Assembly: GCA_964384105.1 (NCBI GenBank)
Contig: CAYLJV010000004.1
Span: forward strand, 77,820 to 141,819
DNA from: Candidatus Hadarchaeota archaeon
Lineage (GTDB): Archaea > Hadarchaeota > Hadarchaeia > Hadarchaeales > JAGGTB01
DNA: 64,000 nucleotides
Direction of reading: 5' to 3'
Shown: positions 20,292 to 30,977 of the stretch, piece by piece
Numbering within the stretch: position 1 is the first letter of the stretch
Layout of the letters: each line of letters begins with the position of its first letter
The notes under the pieces: model-generated
What the model saw: the letters and a program-made list of their open reading frames with translations, nothing else
What the model was told of the DNA's origin: nothing
Databases searched by the model: none
Program-made: the position numbers and the translations under genes

Positions 20292-20652
20292 TTTTTCACC
20301 TCCCCTCTCCAGATAGTTAATCGGGATATGAGGCGTTTTAGAGAAAGTACTAATAGAACTACACCTGTTCGGGACATAGTTTGTCTGATATTTTTAGTTT
20401 CAATCAGATAATGCCTATCAAAAGCGGTTCCTCATATCCCCTGGATTAGATGATATCAACCTAAGATAAAAAGAGATAAGAAGTGATACTAAGTAGCCAA
20501 GCTACATTTTCAAGTTCAAAAATAAAGTGTATGTAGTTCCTAAACTTAACCTACAAATTCATAGATACAAAATAAGGCTTAGATAACAATTACTAGAAAA
20601 TTGATAAAATTTTTAGGACACTATTATCAATAGAGGTTTAGATTAAACATGG

Positions 20653-20937
20653 GTGCGGGGAGATGACTCTTTGGTTAGATGTAAGTGCCAAATAATTTCT
20701 GATATTTTGAAAACAATAAAAAGAGAAAAAAACTGCAAGAAAACCAGAGTTATCAGATTTGCTAACCTAGACTGGAATATGGCAGATAAATATCTTGGTT
20801 TTTTACTTGAGAATAATTATCTAGAAACCTACGAGGACGGAAGAAGAGGAAATGAAAGCTACGGAATTACCGAAGAGGGAAGAGAGTTGTTAAAAACAGT
20901 TAACAAAGTAAAAAATATGTGCGAAGACTTAGGATAG
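20653..20937 (+). CDS. Winged-helix transcriptional regulator (archaeal HTH_45-like)
   Basis: IISDIL..KTRVIRFANL...KYL..L...Y.ITEEGRELL. Confidence 0.85.
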   Translation: MRGDDSLVRCKCQIISDILKTIKREKNCKKTRVIRFANLDWNMADKYLGFLLENNYLETYEDGRRGNESYGITEEGRELLKTVNKVKNMCEDLG

Positions 20938-21046
20938 GCATTTTCTTTAACTCAATAAAAGAACCTCTAAAATCGATTAAATCCTTAATCAAGGTTTATC
21001 GAAAAAGTAAAAAATTGTTTCTCGATTAATTAGATAGGGCGTATTT

Positions 21047-21379
21047 TTGGCTGAAAAGTTAGAGGGGAAAGTCAAATTCTTCAACCAAAAGAAGAATTAT
21101 GGTTTTATTATCCCTGAAGATGGTGGGGATGATGTTTTCTTTAGAGGTAGAGACGTTAAAAGAGGATGGATTAAAGACGGAGATAATGTAGGATTTAGAA
21201 GAGAACAAGCAAAAAGAAATCCAAGAGGCCGAAATGTTATAAAAAAGAAAAGCTTCAGAGAGCGTCTATCTGAGGGAATAAGTATCCCGAGTGCAATTAA
21301 AACAAAATGGGCTATCCTACCCTTTGTGATCATAGTGATTGGATTTTTTATATGGCATTTTTCCCTATTTCATCAATAA
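21047..21379 (+). CDS. Cold-shock domain protein with C-terminal TM helix
   Basis: GKVKFFN..KNYGFI (RNP1), DVFF (RNP2); hydrophobic C-terminus. Confidence 0.85.
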   Translation: MAEKLEGKVKFFNQKKNYGFIIPEDGGDDVFFRGRDVKRGWIKDGDNVGFRREQAKRNPRGRNVIKKKSFRERLSEGISIPSAIKTKWAILPFVIIVIGFFIWHFSLFHQ

Positions 21380-21482
21380 GGATTCTTCCATACTAGTGAT
21401 AAGTCTACAAATTCATGAACAAAATTTGGAGTGGGAAGCTTTAGTTTTCACCATTGTATTTTTCATTGGTATTCTGATTACC

Positions 21483-21767
21483 GTGCCACGAAAGAAGAAG
21501 AAAAAATCCAAGGTGAGAATTCGCGATATGGTGGTAGAGGAAGGGGCAGAAGTGAGAGTACGTACACCTCGAAAGAAGGAACGTTATTTTAGATTATCCA
21601 GAAATATTTCAAAAGGGGTTACGATATCTGGTGGAGTAATCGCTTTAGTGGGTTTTATATTGGGATTAGCATTTTTGAAATATGGTCTCTTGGCCTTAGG
21701 TATTGGTTCCGCTTTGCTAGGTTCAGGATTAGGTCTTTATATTTTTAGACCTTTAAGGCATTCTTAA
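21483..21767 (+). CDS. Small membrane protein
   Basis: Basic N-terminus and two TM helices; GTG start uncertain. Confidence 0.55.
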   Translation: MPRKKKKKSKVRIRDMVVEEGAEVRVRTPRKKERYFRLSRNISKGVTISGGVIALVGFILGLAFLKYGLLALGIGSALLGSGLGLYIFRPLRHS

Positions 21768-21841
21768 ATTCAAAAATTTAACCTATTTAATCTAAAGACG
21801 TATAATTTTGCATTATTAGACATAATTAAAATTTATAACTT

Positions 21842-22147
21842 TTAGATCAATTCCGTTATGTTGTAAAATAACTTGTCGATAAGAATTCCGTAGAAGAAAA
21901 TATTAATTATAGTTATCAGTGCCATGACAATTTTAAATTTGAGCTTTGAAATTTTGTGCCTAAATATTTTCATACCTAGAACAGAGCCAACGGCACCACC
22001 TATTAAAGAAACAAAGAAGAGTTTTTTCTGCGATATCCTCCACAAATTATGTCGGGACTTATACTTATCCACACCCATCAGTAAAAATGAGAGCAAGTTC
22101 ATTGTGGAAAGATAAATTATGAAGATTTTCGCTATTATGTTCATCAA
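21842..22147 (-). CDS. DUF1294 family membrane protein
   Basis: MGVDKYKS...WRIS...L...GGAVG..LGMKIFRHK. Confidence 0.9.
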   Translation of the reverse strand: MMNIIAKIFIIYLSTMNLLSFLLMGVDKYKSRHNLWRISQKKLFFVSLIGGAVGSVLGMKIFRHKISKLKFKIVMALITIINIFFYGILIDKLFYNITELI

Positions 22148-22216
22148 ACTACAACATGCATACTTTTACTAGAATTTTATTAATTCTTCTCGCAGAGATA
22201 AAAACCTAAGATCCCC

Positions 22217-22355
22217 CTAAAATCGCTTCAATTCTTGTTCCAAAGATAATTTACCCATTATATTTGCTCTTAGTGTCGTAAATCTTCCTTCATAGGCTTT
22301 TTTCACGCACAAAATTAGTATCTCTATAAAAAAAGCTAAAATTCTAACTTTCTTA
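22217..22355. repeat. Modular ~130-bp direct repeat, copy 1
   Basis: Blocks CTAAAATCGCTTCA / TTGTTCCA / ATTTACCCAT / GCTTTTT / CTCTATAAAAAAGCTAAAATT shared with copy 2. Confidence 0.8.
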
Positions 22356-22623
22356 TGAAATGGTTAATTGACTTGGACAAAATAGTACTTTAGAGTATGA
22401 TTCGATGGGTTTCCGGTTTAATGGATATCCTTAGCATCCTTGTAACATAAATCAAAGCAATTTGATAAGTTTTGATATTAGAAATAGATAAAAATAAAAA
22501 AGTCGGTGAGTTTATTGGAAGAAAAATTTAGAATTTTCAGAGTGGATTAAATCAAAGTTTTCAGGTTCACCTTCGGTTGTGGAACTTGAAGAAATCCTCC
22601 TGAAAATGTCTAAATCGAGGATT

Positions 22624-23574
22624 TTACATTTCTAAACGTTTTCGAACTTCGAACCATTCTGTATCTCCCTGGAAAAGCCCAGAGAACATGCCGGCAGTTT
22701 CGCACATCCCACATTTTTCGCATATTGGTTTTCTTCTGGAGTTGCTACTTCCAATAAAACATGGTGTTTTCCTTTCTCCTTTATGATCCAAGGATAGGAA
22801 GGCCCAACTTGGACAATTTTTTGTCCAATAATTTGTTCCAAGAAGATCCAATTGTTTATCCGTATTGTAAGATTTGTACGGGTATTTTCTTTTTAATTTT
22901 TTAATTTTCTTTATTATAGCATCTCTCTTTTTTCCATACGGAATCCATAGTTCGTCCTCATGGGAAAAGGGAGTATGAAACTGGAAATTTATCATATCAA
23001 CTATACATTCCCACTCTTCAAAAACTTCTTCAATGCATTGATAGTTCAACGAGTTTATCGTATAATTTATAATGAGATTTGAGTCACCACTGAAGTTTTC
23101 AACGTTTCTTTTTATTCTATTATAGATTTCTTGCCCTCGAATTTTATTATGTATTTCTTCATTTCCATCAATTGAGATATAATACTCGGATTGTCCGAAA
23201 TCCTTTAGCGGTAGAGTCCCATTAGTAACGATATCAAAACTTACCCCTTTCTCGTTGAAAAGTTCTATTATTTCCGGGCGTAGCAAAGGCTCGCCACCAG
23301 TTAAAGCGACCTGAATTATATTGTTTCCTATGAATTTCTCTTCGATAATATCTTCAAATTGCTTCTTAGAGAGTTCCTCCCCCTCAGCATAACTTTCTCG
23401 CCAATAACAGTGTTTACAATTAAGATTACACCTATTTGTAATGTCATAGACACCATAAAAGGGAACTTTTTGCCCGATTTTTGTTTGAAAATATTTTAGA
23501 AGAGTTAAAAAGTCCCTCTTGATTCCCTTCGGGCTAGACAAACTAGAAAATAATGCCCCTAATACTTCTTTCAT
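22624..23574 (-). CDS. Radical SAM protein with Cys-rich C-terminus
   Basis: CNLNCKHC, GGEP, C-terminal CEKCGMC. Confidence 0.9.
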   Translation of the reverse strand: MKEVLGALFSSLSSPKGIKRDFLTLLKYFQTKIGQKVPFYGVYDITNRCNLNCKHCYWRESYAEGEELSKKQFEDIIEEKFIGNNIIQVALTGGEPLLRPEIIELFNEKGVSFDIVTNGTLPLKDFGQSEYYISIDGNEEIHNKIRGQEIYNRIKRNVENFSGDSNLIINYTINSLNYQCIEEVFEEWECIVDMINFQFHTPFSHEDELWIPYGKKRDAIIKKIKKLKRKYPYKSYNTDKQLDLLGTNYWTKNCPSWAFLSLDHKGERKTPCFIGSSNSRRKPICEKCGMCETAGMFSGLFQGDTEWFEVRKRLEM

Positions 23575-23905
23575 TCAGTATTTTCCTCCTGCTAAGATTA
23601 CTATGAGTGTTTAATTTTTCCGTCTTTGGGTGGGGGCTTGTTAAAGTTATAGCTTGATTGGGGAGTATTAACCACAAAGTAACTTGCGATCATTGATAAA
23701 GAGTTTATTCGGATTGAGATGGGAGTATAAGTTGTTTTGAGATGGAGTCTAAAAAAAGCACAGTGACAGTGGCGGGATTTCCATGACGACAGGGTTGGGA
23801 AAAAGTTAGGGTAAGACTTCAGAAACTGTTATTTTTTGTTACAGGTGCACACAAAACACATATCTGATGTATTTACTAAAATCTTAAAACTAGACCAAAA
23901 AACTT

Positions 23906-24044
23906 CTAAAATCGCTTCATTTATTGTTCCATTCTCTATTTACCCATCAGAATAGTAATTGAATGGTCTTAGCATTCTTGGCTGGTGCTTTTTCTAACCC
24001 GAAATAGAGAACTCTATAAAAAAGCTAAAATTTAGCTTTTTTAT
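23906..24044. repeat. Modular ~130-bp direct repeat, copy 2, ending in a perfect 14-bp inverted repeat
   Basis: Same blocks as copy 1; ATAAAAAAGCTAAA-A-TTTAGCTTTTTTAT. Confidence 0.8.
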
Positions 24045-24201
24045 CATTTTACGTTTTTTACCTTAGATTTTAGGGTATCGAAGGAAGTTGAGCGTACTCA
24101 ATCGAGCATTTTGGGATTCTTGTTTGGAACAAATTTTATTTGGACAGGAACGATAAATGTAAAACTATATAGCGGTGTTATACTCTAAATTAGAAAGTGG
24201 A

Positions 24202-25428
24202 ATGGAATTAATATATAAGATAGCTCTGACCGTGGTTGGTTTATTCATAGTTTTAATTTTTCTTGGATACTATGGGATTGGGGAAAATAATCAGATGAAA
24301 GAAGTTAAAATAGGTGAAATTCCCGAAATAGATAAGAACGTTCCAGAGGTTACCCAGACAGCAACTTTTGCTTTAGGTTGTTTTTGGGGCCCGGACGCAA
24401 AATTCGGGGCGCAAAGAGGAGTCATAACTACCGAAGTGGGCTATGCCGGAGGTTCAACCCAAAATCCTACATATCAAAATTTGGGAGACCATACGGAAAC
24501 TATACAAATAGACTATAATCCAACTGAAATTAATTATCGAGAGTTAATCGATGTATTTTGGAACAGTCACGTTTCTACCTACCCTCGAAAAAGACAGTAT
24601 ATGTCGATAATATTCTATCACGACGAAGAACAGAGAGGAATCGCCATAGAATCCAAATTAGAAATAGAAAAGGAATTAGAGGAAAATGTGATAACGGAAA
24701 TCGTTCCTTATTCTCATTTCTATCCTGCAGAGGACTATCATCAAAAATACCATCTTCGGCGATATGAGGACTTTTTCGTTGCCTTTGAAAACATCTATCC
24801 AGAGTCCAAGAAACTAATAGAATCCACAGCTGTTGCACGCACTAACGGCTACTTGATGGGACACGGAAAAATAGAATCATTGAAGGATCTCGAAAAGTTG
24901 GGTTTGAATCCTGAGGGCCAGAAAAGGCTCTGTGAGATATGGAGTTCGGCTAGTAATGAAAAAACAACCGTTTGTAACGAGGTATCTAACCCCCAAGAGG
25001 AATCAAACGACGAAGAATTGAGAGAAAAACTGACTCCATTACAGTATGAGGTTACTCAAAACAATAGAACAGAACCAGCTTTCAATAATGAGTATTGGAA
25101 CAATAAGGCGGAGGGGGTATATGTCGATATTGTTTCCGGAGAACCTCTGTTTAGTTCCAATGATAAATTTCAGTCGGGCACGGGATGGCCTAGTTTCACT
25201 AAACCACTAGAACCAAAAAATATCATTGAGAAAAAAGATTCTAGCCACGGAATGACTAGGACAGAGGTCCGTAGCAAAAATGCTGATTTTCACCTTGGTC
25301 ATGTCTTTGAAGATGGCCCCCAACCTACGGGTAGGAGATATTGCATAAACTCGGCAGCCTTAAAATTCATTCCAAAAGAGGACTTGGAAAAAGAAGGTTA
25401 TGAAGAATATACAGAATTATTCGAGTAA
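24202..25428 (+). CDS. msrAB: Membrane-anchored methionine sulfoxide reductase MsrA-MsrB fusion
   Basis: GCFWG and AEDYHQKY (MsrA); GTGWPSF, HLGHVF and RYCINS (MsrB). Confidence 0.95.
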   Translation: MELIYKIALTVVGLFIVLIFLGYYGIGENNQMKEVKIGEIPEIDKNVPEVTQTATFALGCFWGPDAKFGAQRGVITTEVGYAGGSTQNPTYQNLGDHTETIQIDYNPTEINYRELIDVFWNSHVSTYPRKRQYMSIIFYHDEEQRGIAIESKLEIEKELEENVITEIVPYSHFYPAEDYHQKYHLRRYEDFFVAFENIYPESKKLIESTAVARTNGYLMGHGKIESLKDLEKLGLNPEGQKRLCEIWSSASNEKTTVCNEVSNPQEESNDEELREKLTPLQYEVTQNNRTEPAFNNEYWNNKAEGVYVDIVSGEPLFSSNDKFQSGTGWPSFTKPLEPKNIIEKKDSSHGMTRTEVRSKNADFHLGHVFEDGPQPTGRRYCINSAALKFIPKEDLEKEGYEEYTELFE

Positions 25429-25659
25429 TCTTCCGATGAATCAAATTTTCTCTTTTTCAGAGTTATTACTTCGTCCATGGAAGTACGTATGTGGATCGAG
25501 GTTTAATCACTAAGGATAGATATATTCCTTTATTTTTCCTGTAATGTTAATTGAGAGATTTTAGAAGAATTATTTATTTTGTAAAATTTGAGATTCTAAA
25601 TTTGACCGTCTGATTGGGTGAAAAAAATGATATAAATTAAAACAACGATATAAATTGAC

Positions 25660-26157
25660 TTGTGGGGAAATTTTTTGAATATCAGTCTATCCAATAATCC
25701 TAAAAAAGCAACTGTGTTTATAGTTGTATTTGCTCTCTATATTTTTTTCAACACAAATGTAGTTTTTGGTCATTCTCCAACTGGCATGGATCTTGAATAC
25801 GACGAGATGAATGAAACACTAGAAGTCAATATTATACATACAGTAGAAGATCCCGAAGACCACTATATCGAAAGAGTAGAAATAATGAAGAATGGAGAAT
25901 TATTTGCCTCCGAGGATTATGCTAGTCAACCTTCGAATTCATCTTTTTCCTATAGCTACGAGATATCAGCAAGTACAAACGATGTTATACAAGTAGATGC
26001 TATCTGTAACAGATTCGGTAGCATATCAAAATCTATAAGTCCTTCTGAGAACGGCCCTAACGAAACAGAAAACAATGGTATTCCTTGGTTACCGGTAGGC
26101 GGGATAGTAATATTAGTAATTATCATAGTGGCTGTAGTTATTTACAAACGTAGCTAG
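25660..26157 (+). CDS. Secreted, C-terminally anchored hypothetical protein (His/Cys metal-site-like)
   Basis: Signal peptide, HSP...HTVEDP..HYI...AICN, C-terminal TM; start uncertain. Confidence 0.7.
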   Translation: MWGNFLNISLSNNPKKATVFIVVFALYIFFNTNVVFGHSPTGMDLEYDEMNETLEVNIIHTVEDPEDHYIERVEIMKNGELFASEDYASQPSNSSFSYSYEISASTNDVIQVDAICNRFGSISKSISPSENGPNETENNGIPWLPVGGIVILVIIIVAVVIYKRS

Positions 26158-26168
26158 ATGATGGAAAA

Positions 26169-26411
26169 TCAGAATGGATTACCATAAGCAGTGATAGAGA
26201 ATATAGCATGGAAGAATACCGAACCAAAGAAAATATACCAGTAATAACAATGCGCTTGGTAAAATTTCTGATAAATAGAGTATTTCTGTAACTTTCTGAA
26301 TCTTTCGGCTCCCATCAAACATCTGCAGGAGAGAACAACTAGTGCCATACTAACAAGATTTATTATCCCTAGGATATAGGATAATTTCGCAGCTAAAAGT
26401 AAATCGACCAT
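26169..26411 (-). CDS. Small membrane protein
   Basis: Two TM segments; SCRC and HCYYW motifs. Confidence 0.7.
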   Translation of the reverse strand: MVDLLLAAKLSYILGIINLVSMALVVLSCRCLMGAERFRKLQKYSIYQKFYQAHCYYWYIFFGSVFFHAIFSITAYGNPF

Positions 26412-26542
26412 TAATACTATATTGATATCTGTATCGTAAAAAATTATTTCGGATTACAAGAAATATTTTTAAAAAATTCACGAAGATGGATGGGAACGAA
26501 TCCGCGATGAAAATTAGGAAAAAGCTTATAATTTAAATGTCA

Positions 26543-26923
26543 TTACTCTTTTTTCTTGAAGAAAAGCCAGTTTTTTGGATTCTCGTCAGGTTGAAATCTA
26601 ATTAGGACATAGTTTCCATCTAATTTTTCCCCACGTATTTCGATAATGATCTCATCTTCCTTCCACTTGATAGGATTGTATGTTCCTTGATCCCATAGTT
26701 CGACCGTCCCCGCTCCGTATTGGCCTTCTTCTATCTCACCTTCGAAGAAAGCGTAGTCCAGAGGATGATCCTCGGTTTGAATCGCGAGTCTCTTGTCCGA
26801 TGGTTTTTTGGAGGGACCTTTAGGTATCGCCCAACTTTTCAGGACCCCTTCCTTCTCCAATCTTAAGTCATAGTGGAGGGTTGAAGCGTCATGTTTTTGA
26901 ATCGAATATTTGAGTTCTGCCAT
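26543..26923 (-). CDS. Stand-alone LigD 3'-phosphoesterase (PE) domain
   Basis: [46 protein letters not shown]. Confidence 0.95.
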   Translation of the reverse strand: MAELKYSIQKHDASTLHYDLRLEKEGVLKSWAIPKGPSKKPSDKRLAIQTEDHPLDYAFFEGEIEEGQYGAGTVELWDQGTYNPIKWKEDEIIIEIRGEKLDGNYVLIRFQPDENPKNWLFFKKKE

Positions 26924-27052
26924 TGTATCTTAAAGCTCTGTTTGTTTAACATATCTATTTGATTTTTCTTTATGAATAGATGCTAGCAGGTATTCTTACA
27001 GAAATTTATTTGAAAAAAGAAACTAATTCCTAAGAAGGGAGGTGAATACTAT

Positions 27053-28243
27053 ATGAAAAATTCTAAAATTACCCTAGAGATTTCCCCAGGCGTTCATTGG
27101 GTAGGAGTTAAGGACTGGGATCGAAGAATGTTCGACCGTTTGATTCCATTGCCGAATGGTACTTCTTATAACTCCTATCTTATCCAGGGAAATGAAAAGA
27201 CTGTTCTTGTAGATACGGTAAACCCAGGTTTTGAGGGTGAGTTAGAGGAGAAAGTTCGGCAAATCGTGGACCCTTCGGAAATTGACTATATAGTGATGAA
27301 TCATGCTGAACCGGATCACGCGAATGCTATTTTACATATGTTGTCGTTGACGAATGGCGGTAAAGTACTGATGACGGAGAGAGGTAAGGAACTAGCCCAG
27401 GAACTTCACAATATAACGGAGGATAAGATTAAAGCTGTGGAAGATGGTGAAACACTTGATCTAGGTGGGAAAACCCTAAAGTTTATTCACGCACCGTGGC
27501 TTCACTGGCCCGAGACAATGTTTACTTTCTACGAGGAAAAGGGTGTGTTGTTTCCGTGTGACTTCTTTGGAAGTCATTATGCCACTAGCAAATTCTTTGA
27601 TGAACAGCTGGGAGACGAGCTCTTGAACCATGCTAGGACTTACTATGGTGAGATAATGATGCCTTTCAGCAAAATGGTAAAGCAGGCTCTCGATAAAATC
27701 GAGAGTCTTGATATCAGTATTATAGCACCCAGTCACGGTCCGATGTATAAAAATCCAGAGACAATCATTGAAGCCTATGAAAGTTGGTCAAAAGGCGAGG
27801 TCAAGAAAAAAGTTCTCGTTATCTACATATCTATGTGGGGTAGTACCGAAAAGATGGCAAATGCAGTGGTGGATGCTATAACTTCAGAGGGCGTGGATGC
27901 TGTACCTCTTAACATGGCGACCAGTGATCTCAGCAAGATAGCTGCAGAAATAGTTGATAGTTCAGGGATAATAATAGGGACACCTACTGTTCTTGGCGGA
28001 TCTCATCCCATGATCCATCATGTTGCATATCTGGCTAGAAAGTTAAGCCCGCCGACTAAATTTGTAGGAGTGATTGAGTCGTACGGTTGGTCTGGAGGTG
28101 CTACTAAACAACTCTCGGAACTTCTTGGAAATCTGGACGCTGAAACCGTGGGTGCTGTAGAGGTTTTGGGTTCACCAAAAGAAGAAGATTTAGAGAAAAT
28201 AGCCGATTTAGGACGAGATATTGCTAAAAAGGTCAAAGAATAA
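27053..28243 (+). CDS. fprA: Flavodiiron protein (FprA)
   Basis: NHAEPDH, LHWPE, CDFFG, PSHG; flavodoxin SMWGST and SYGW. Confidence 0.95.
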   Translation: MKNSKITLEISPGVHWVGVKDWDRRMFDRLIPLPNGTSYNSYLIQGNEKTVLVDTVNPGFEGELEEKVRQIVDPSEIDYIVMNHAEPDHANAILHMLSLTNGGKVLMTERGKELAQELHNITEDKIKAVEDGETLDLGGKTLKFIHAPWLHWPETMFTFYEEKGVLFPCDFFGSHYATSKFFDEQLGDELLNHARTYYGEIMMPFSKMVKQALDKIESLDISIIAPSHGPMYKNPETIIEAYESWSKGEVKKKVLVIYISMWGSTEKMANAVVDAITSEGVDAVPLNMATSDLSKIAAEIVDSSGIIIGTPTVLGGSHPMIHHVAYLARKLSPPTKFVGVIESYGWSGGATKQLSELLGNLDAETVGAVEVLGSPKEEDLEKIADLGRDIAKKVKE

Positions 28244-28343
28244 GAGCGATTCCGCTTTAAATGGAGTTGAATTTGGAAATTTATTTCCTTCTTTATTATT
28301 TTTTTAAGGAGGATTTCCATTTTTTCTTTTTTTATGGCTGGAT

Positions 28344-28577
28344 TTACTCGCCTGTTACAATGCTGGTAGTTGTTTTATTGACCCCATCAATTTCCCTTAT
28401 TTTTTCGATAACTTCTCCTGTGATCGTAGACATATCCTCTGCCTCGACTTGAAGAATTACGTCAAACGAACCAGTAACCATATGCGCTTTTTTTACTCCC
28501 TTTACCTTTTTTGTTTTCTCGAAAACTTCTCTGAGTTGCCCAATATCCGTCTTTATCAATACAAAACCTGAAACCAT
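28344..28577 (-). CDS. Lrp/AsnC ligand-binding-domain protein
   Basis: FVLI...VTGSFDVI...IREIDGV..TTTSIV. Confidence 0.9.
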   Translation of the reverse strand: MVSGFVLIKTDIGQLREVFEKTKKVKGVKKAHMVTGSFDVILQVEAEDMSTITGEVIEKIREIDGVNKTTTSIVTGE

Positions 28578-28672
28578 ATATTCAACCTCATCTTCTCTTT
28601 TCCTTGTAATGCTTTTTAACTTACTCTCTTTCTACGATGTTTTAGTAGTTAAAGGGGGCAGGGACCTTGTGT

Positions 28673-28798
28673 CTACTTCTTGAGATGCCCAGTTCCACCG
28701 CATGCGGAGCATATTAGGGGGAGAATCGTACCTTTTTGTATATTTTTAGCTGGGAGTGTCCCCTTTCCACTACATCGGTCACAAAGTTTTTTACTCAT
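28673..28798 (-). CDS. 41-aa DnaJ-type zinc-finger microprotein (not in ORF track)
   Basis: MSKKLCDRCSGKG...ICSACGGTGHLKK: two CxxCxGxG motifs. Confidence 0.8.
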   Translation of the reverse strand: MSKKLCDRCSGKGTLPAKNIQKGTILPLICSACGGTGHLKK

Positions 28799-28926
28799 AT
28801 TCATTTCTTTACGGATTTAGATTATACTTATTAAAGCTAATCAATCCAGTATTCAAACTAATTTTTTCGAAAGTTCTGTCGGTGTGAATAAAAAGGTGGG
28901 CGACCATATTTGTTTCTAGATTCGAG

Positions 28927-30234
28927 ATGAAGACCTCTATTGCTTTTATATTGATCGGCGTTATTGTTGTGGCAGTTTTCGGTAGTTATCTAGCTTTTGA
29001 AGGTGAATTGTTAACTGAAGATTCGGAGAATGAGCATATAATAGTCACCGAAAATTCTGTAGTTGTATCTAGCCTTGACAAAGAACTAATAGGTCAGAGA
29101 ATTGAACAGGGAAAGAATTTTCTTCTTGAGATGGAACACGAAAATTTACATGGTTTTTATAGATTCTACTATCCTTTTGAAGATAGATTTGGTAGAGAAT
29201 TAGTAACTGCTTATTCGGCCTCGATAGTTTATACTCTTTTATATTACAACAACTATTTTCGAGAAAATGAATCAATTTTGAGAAAATTGCCTGAATGGGT
29301 GGGCTTCATAACTTCGATGCAAAATTTAGAAAAAGATAGCAGGGCATTTGGGGCTTTTCACGATTCTTATAATTTATTTGTCCAGGCAAAAGAAAATACT
29401 TTTGGAGTAGGAACTAGCGCATTATCTATTTTTACTTTACTTGAACTTTATGAGCAGACTGATAATCTTCAGTATCTGAAATCAGCTAGGATGGCAGGAG
29501 ATTGGTTGATCGCTATGCAGAATCCCGATGGTTCTATGACCTCTTCAGTCAGGAGGGGACCTGATGGAGAGTGGAGTAGCGATAATTTAGAATCCCTTCT
29601 TTATCAAGGGCAAGTTTTATCCTCTCTTTCGAGGCTTTACGGAATTACCGATGAAGAAAAATACTACAAGGCGGCTAGTAAAATTGCTGGTAGTTTTTTA
29701 GAAAAATATGAAAGAGCTGAGGGATATATCAGAGGAGATTACAGAGATGAAAATCCGATATCGAACTCGTGGGTAGTTATGTCCTTAATTGATTTTTACA
29801 GAGCTAGTGGAAATGAAAGGTGCAAGAAGGTAATTCTCGAATTGAGCGGTTTAGTTTTGCAAGACCAAATTGAGGACAAGTGGGACTCTCGTAATTTTGG
29901 AAGGTGGAGTGGGACAATTTATACAAGCGGTAATGGCTGGATGACAGAGGTAATGACGGAAACTTATCGGTTTTGTTTGGAAGAAGGCGAAGAAAATTGT
30001 GAGAAATATAGAGAGTCTGTTGTCAAGGGAGTGAGGTGGCTTATTCAATATACTTATTCCGAAGAGCATAGAAATCTATCTGATATTTCGGAAAGGGCTG
30101 TAGGGAGCCTCGTTCGATCTATGAAGAAAAGCGAAGTGAGGACTGATTCTGTGTGTCATGCTTTGAATAGTTACATTAGAATTTGGGACTATTTGGAGGA
30201 TGGGATTTTAATTTCGATTCCTGGAGATGATTAA
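28927..30234 (+). CDS. Membrane-anchored alpha/alpha-toroid protein, function unknown
   Basis: N-terminal TM; helical repeats such as AGDWLIAMQNPDGS and GVRWLIQY. Confidence 0.65.
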   Translation: MKTSIAFILIGVIVVAVFGSYLAFEGELLTEDSENEHIIVTENSVVVSSLDKELIGQRIEQGKNFLLEMEHENLHGFYRFYYPFEDRFGRELVTAYSASIVYTLLYYNNYFRENESILRKLPEWVGFITSMQNLEKDSRAFGAFHDSYNLFVQAKENTFGVGTSALSIFTLLELYEQTDNLQYLKSARMAGDWLIAMQNPDGSMTSSVRRGPDGEWSSDNLESLLYQGQVLSSLSRLYGITDEEKYYKAASKIAGSFLEKYERAEGYIRGDYRDENPISNSWVVMSLIDFYRASGNERCKKVILELSGLVLQDQIEDKWDSRNFGRWSGTIYTSGNGWMTEVMTETYRFCLEEGEENCEKYRESVVKGVRWLIQYTYSEEHRNLSDISERAVGSLVRSMKKSEVRTDSVCHALNSYIRIWDYLEDGILISIPGDD

Positions 30235-30297
30235 AAATCAATCTAGGAAATTGCTCTGACTATTAATTAAGAACTTTTGAAAAAATCGGTTTTTTAT

Positions 30298-30843
30298 TTA
30301 GCTTACTGTTTTAAGCTCGTCTATAATCCTGTTGAAGTTTGAATTTTTCCAATCTCTCAATTCGTCGGTTTTGTAACCGTGTTCTGAAGTCAACTGAGTT
30401 AAAATTTCTCTGAAGTTTACTATTATGAATTTGAAAACATCTTTGCTTATTTTTAGAGTTTTTGTTTTGAGAGCTAAATAGCCGGCTAAGTCAATCACGC
30501 TGGGGTATATATTGAATATATCTTTTTCCGGACTTTCCGGGAAGTAAGCTTCGAATATTTTCCATTTTCTTTTTATTATTTTTGGATCGGTTTCTTCTTT
30601 GAGAAAATCTAGACAGTAATGAAGGTCCATTATTTCTAATCCTAATTCTCCAAAATCATAATATGCAATACTTCTGTTCTCAATGTCCATCCATGCTCTT
30701 CTATTGAAATCGTGATTCTGAAATATGAAATCTTTTTCCTTAGGAAAGGAAGTTAATATCTCAATATTTTCTATTGAATCGCTTAGTTTTCCCCATTCTA
30801 GGAATCTCTCTACCCATTTTTCATGAGTTTTCCATTCTGGCAT
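30298..30843 (-). CDS. Hypothetical protein
   Basis: 181-aa ORF with MPEWKTH...HD...LH pattern (possibly metal-binding). Confidence 0.65.
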   Translation of the reverse strand: MPEWKTHEKWVERFLEWGKLSDSIENIEILTSFPKEKDFIFQNHDFNRRAWMDIENRSIAYYDFGELGLEIMDLHYCLDFLKEETDPKIIKRKWKIFEAYFPESPEKDIFNIYPSVIDLAGYLALKTKTLKISKDVFKFIIVNFREILTQLTSEHGYKTDELRDWKNSNFNRIIDELKTVS

Positions 30844-30977
30844 ATTAGTAAACTGGGTTTAGGTAGGCTAAAAAGACTAGGCAGTTCATTAATTCATTTT
30901 TTTGAAATATGTGGATTAGATTGATCTAGATTAACAAAATTATATTATTGGCGATTGTTCGAAATAAAACTGTTTTA

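Noticed and set aside
22217-24044. CRISPR array interpretation of the repeats
   Set aside because: Only two copies 1.7 kb apart, no tandem repeat-spacer periodicity and no cas genes in the window.
28650-28770. Apparent RNA stem (AAAGGGG/CCCCTTT, CCCAG/CTGGG) upstream of the Lrp gene
   Set aside because: Better explained by the CxxCxGxG microprotein ORF on the minus strand.
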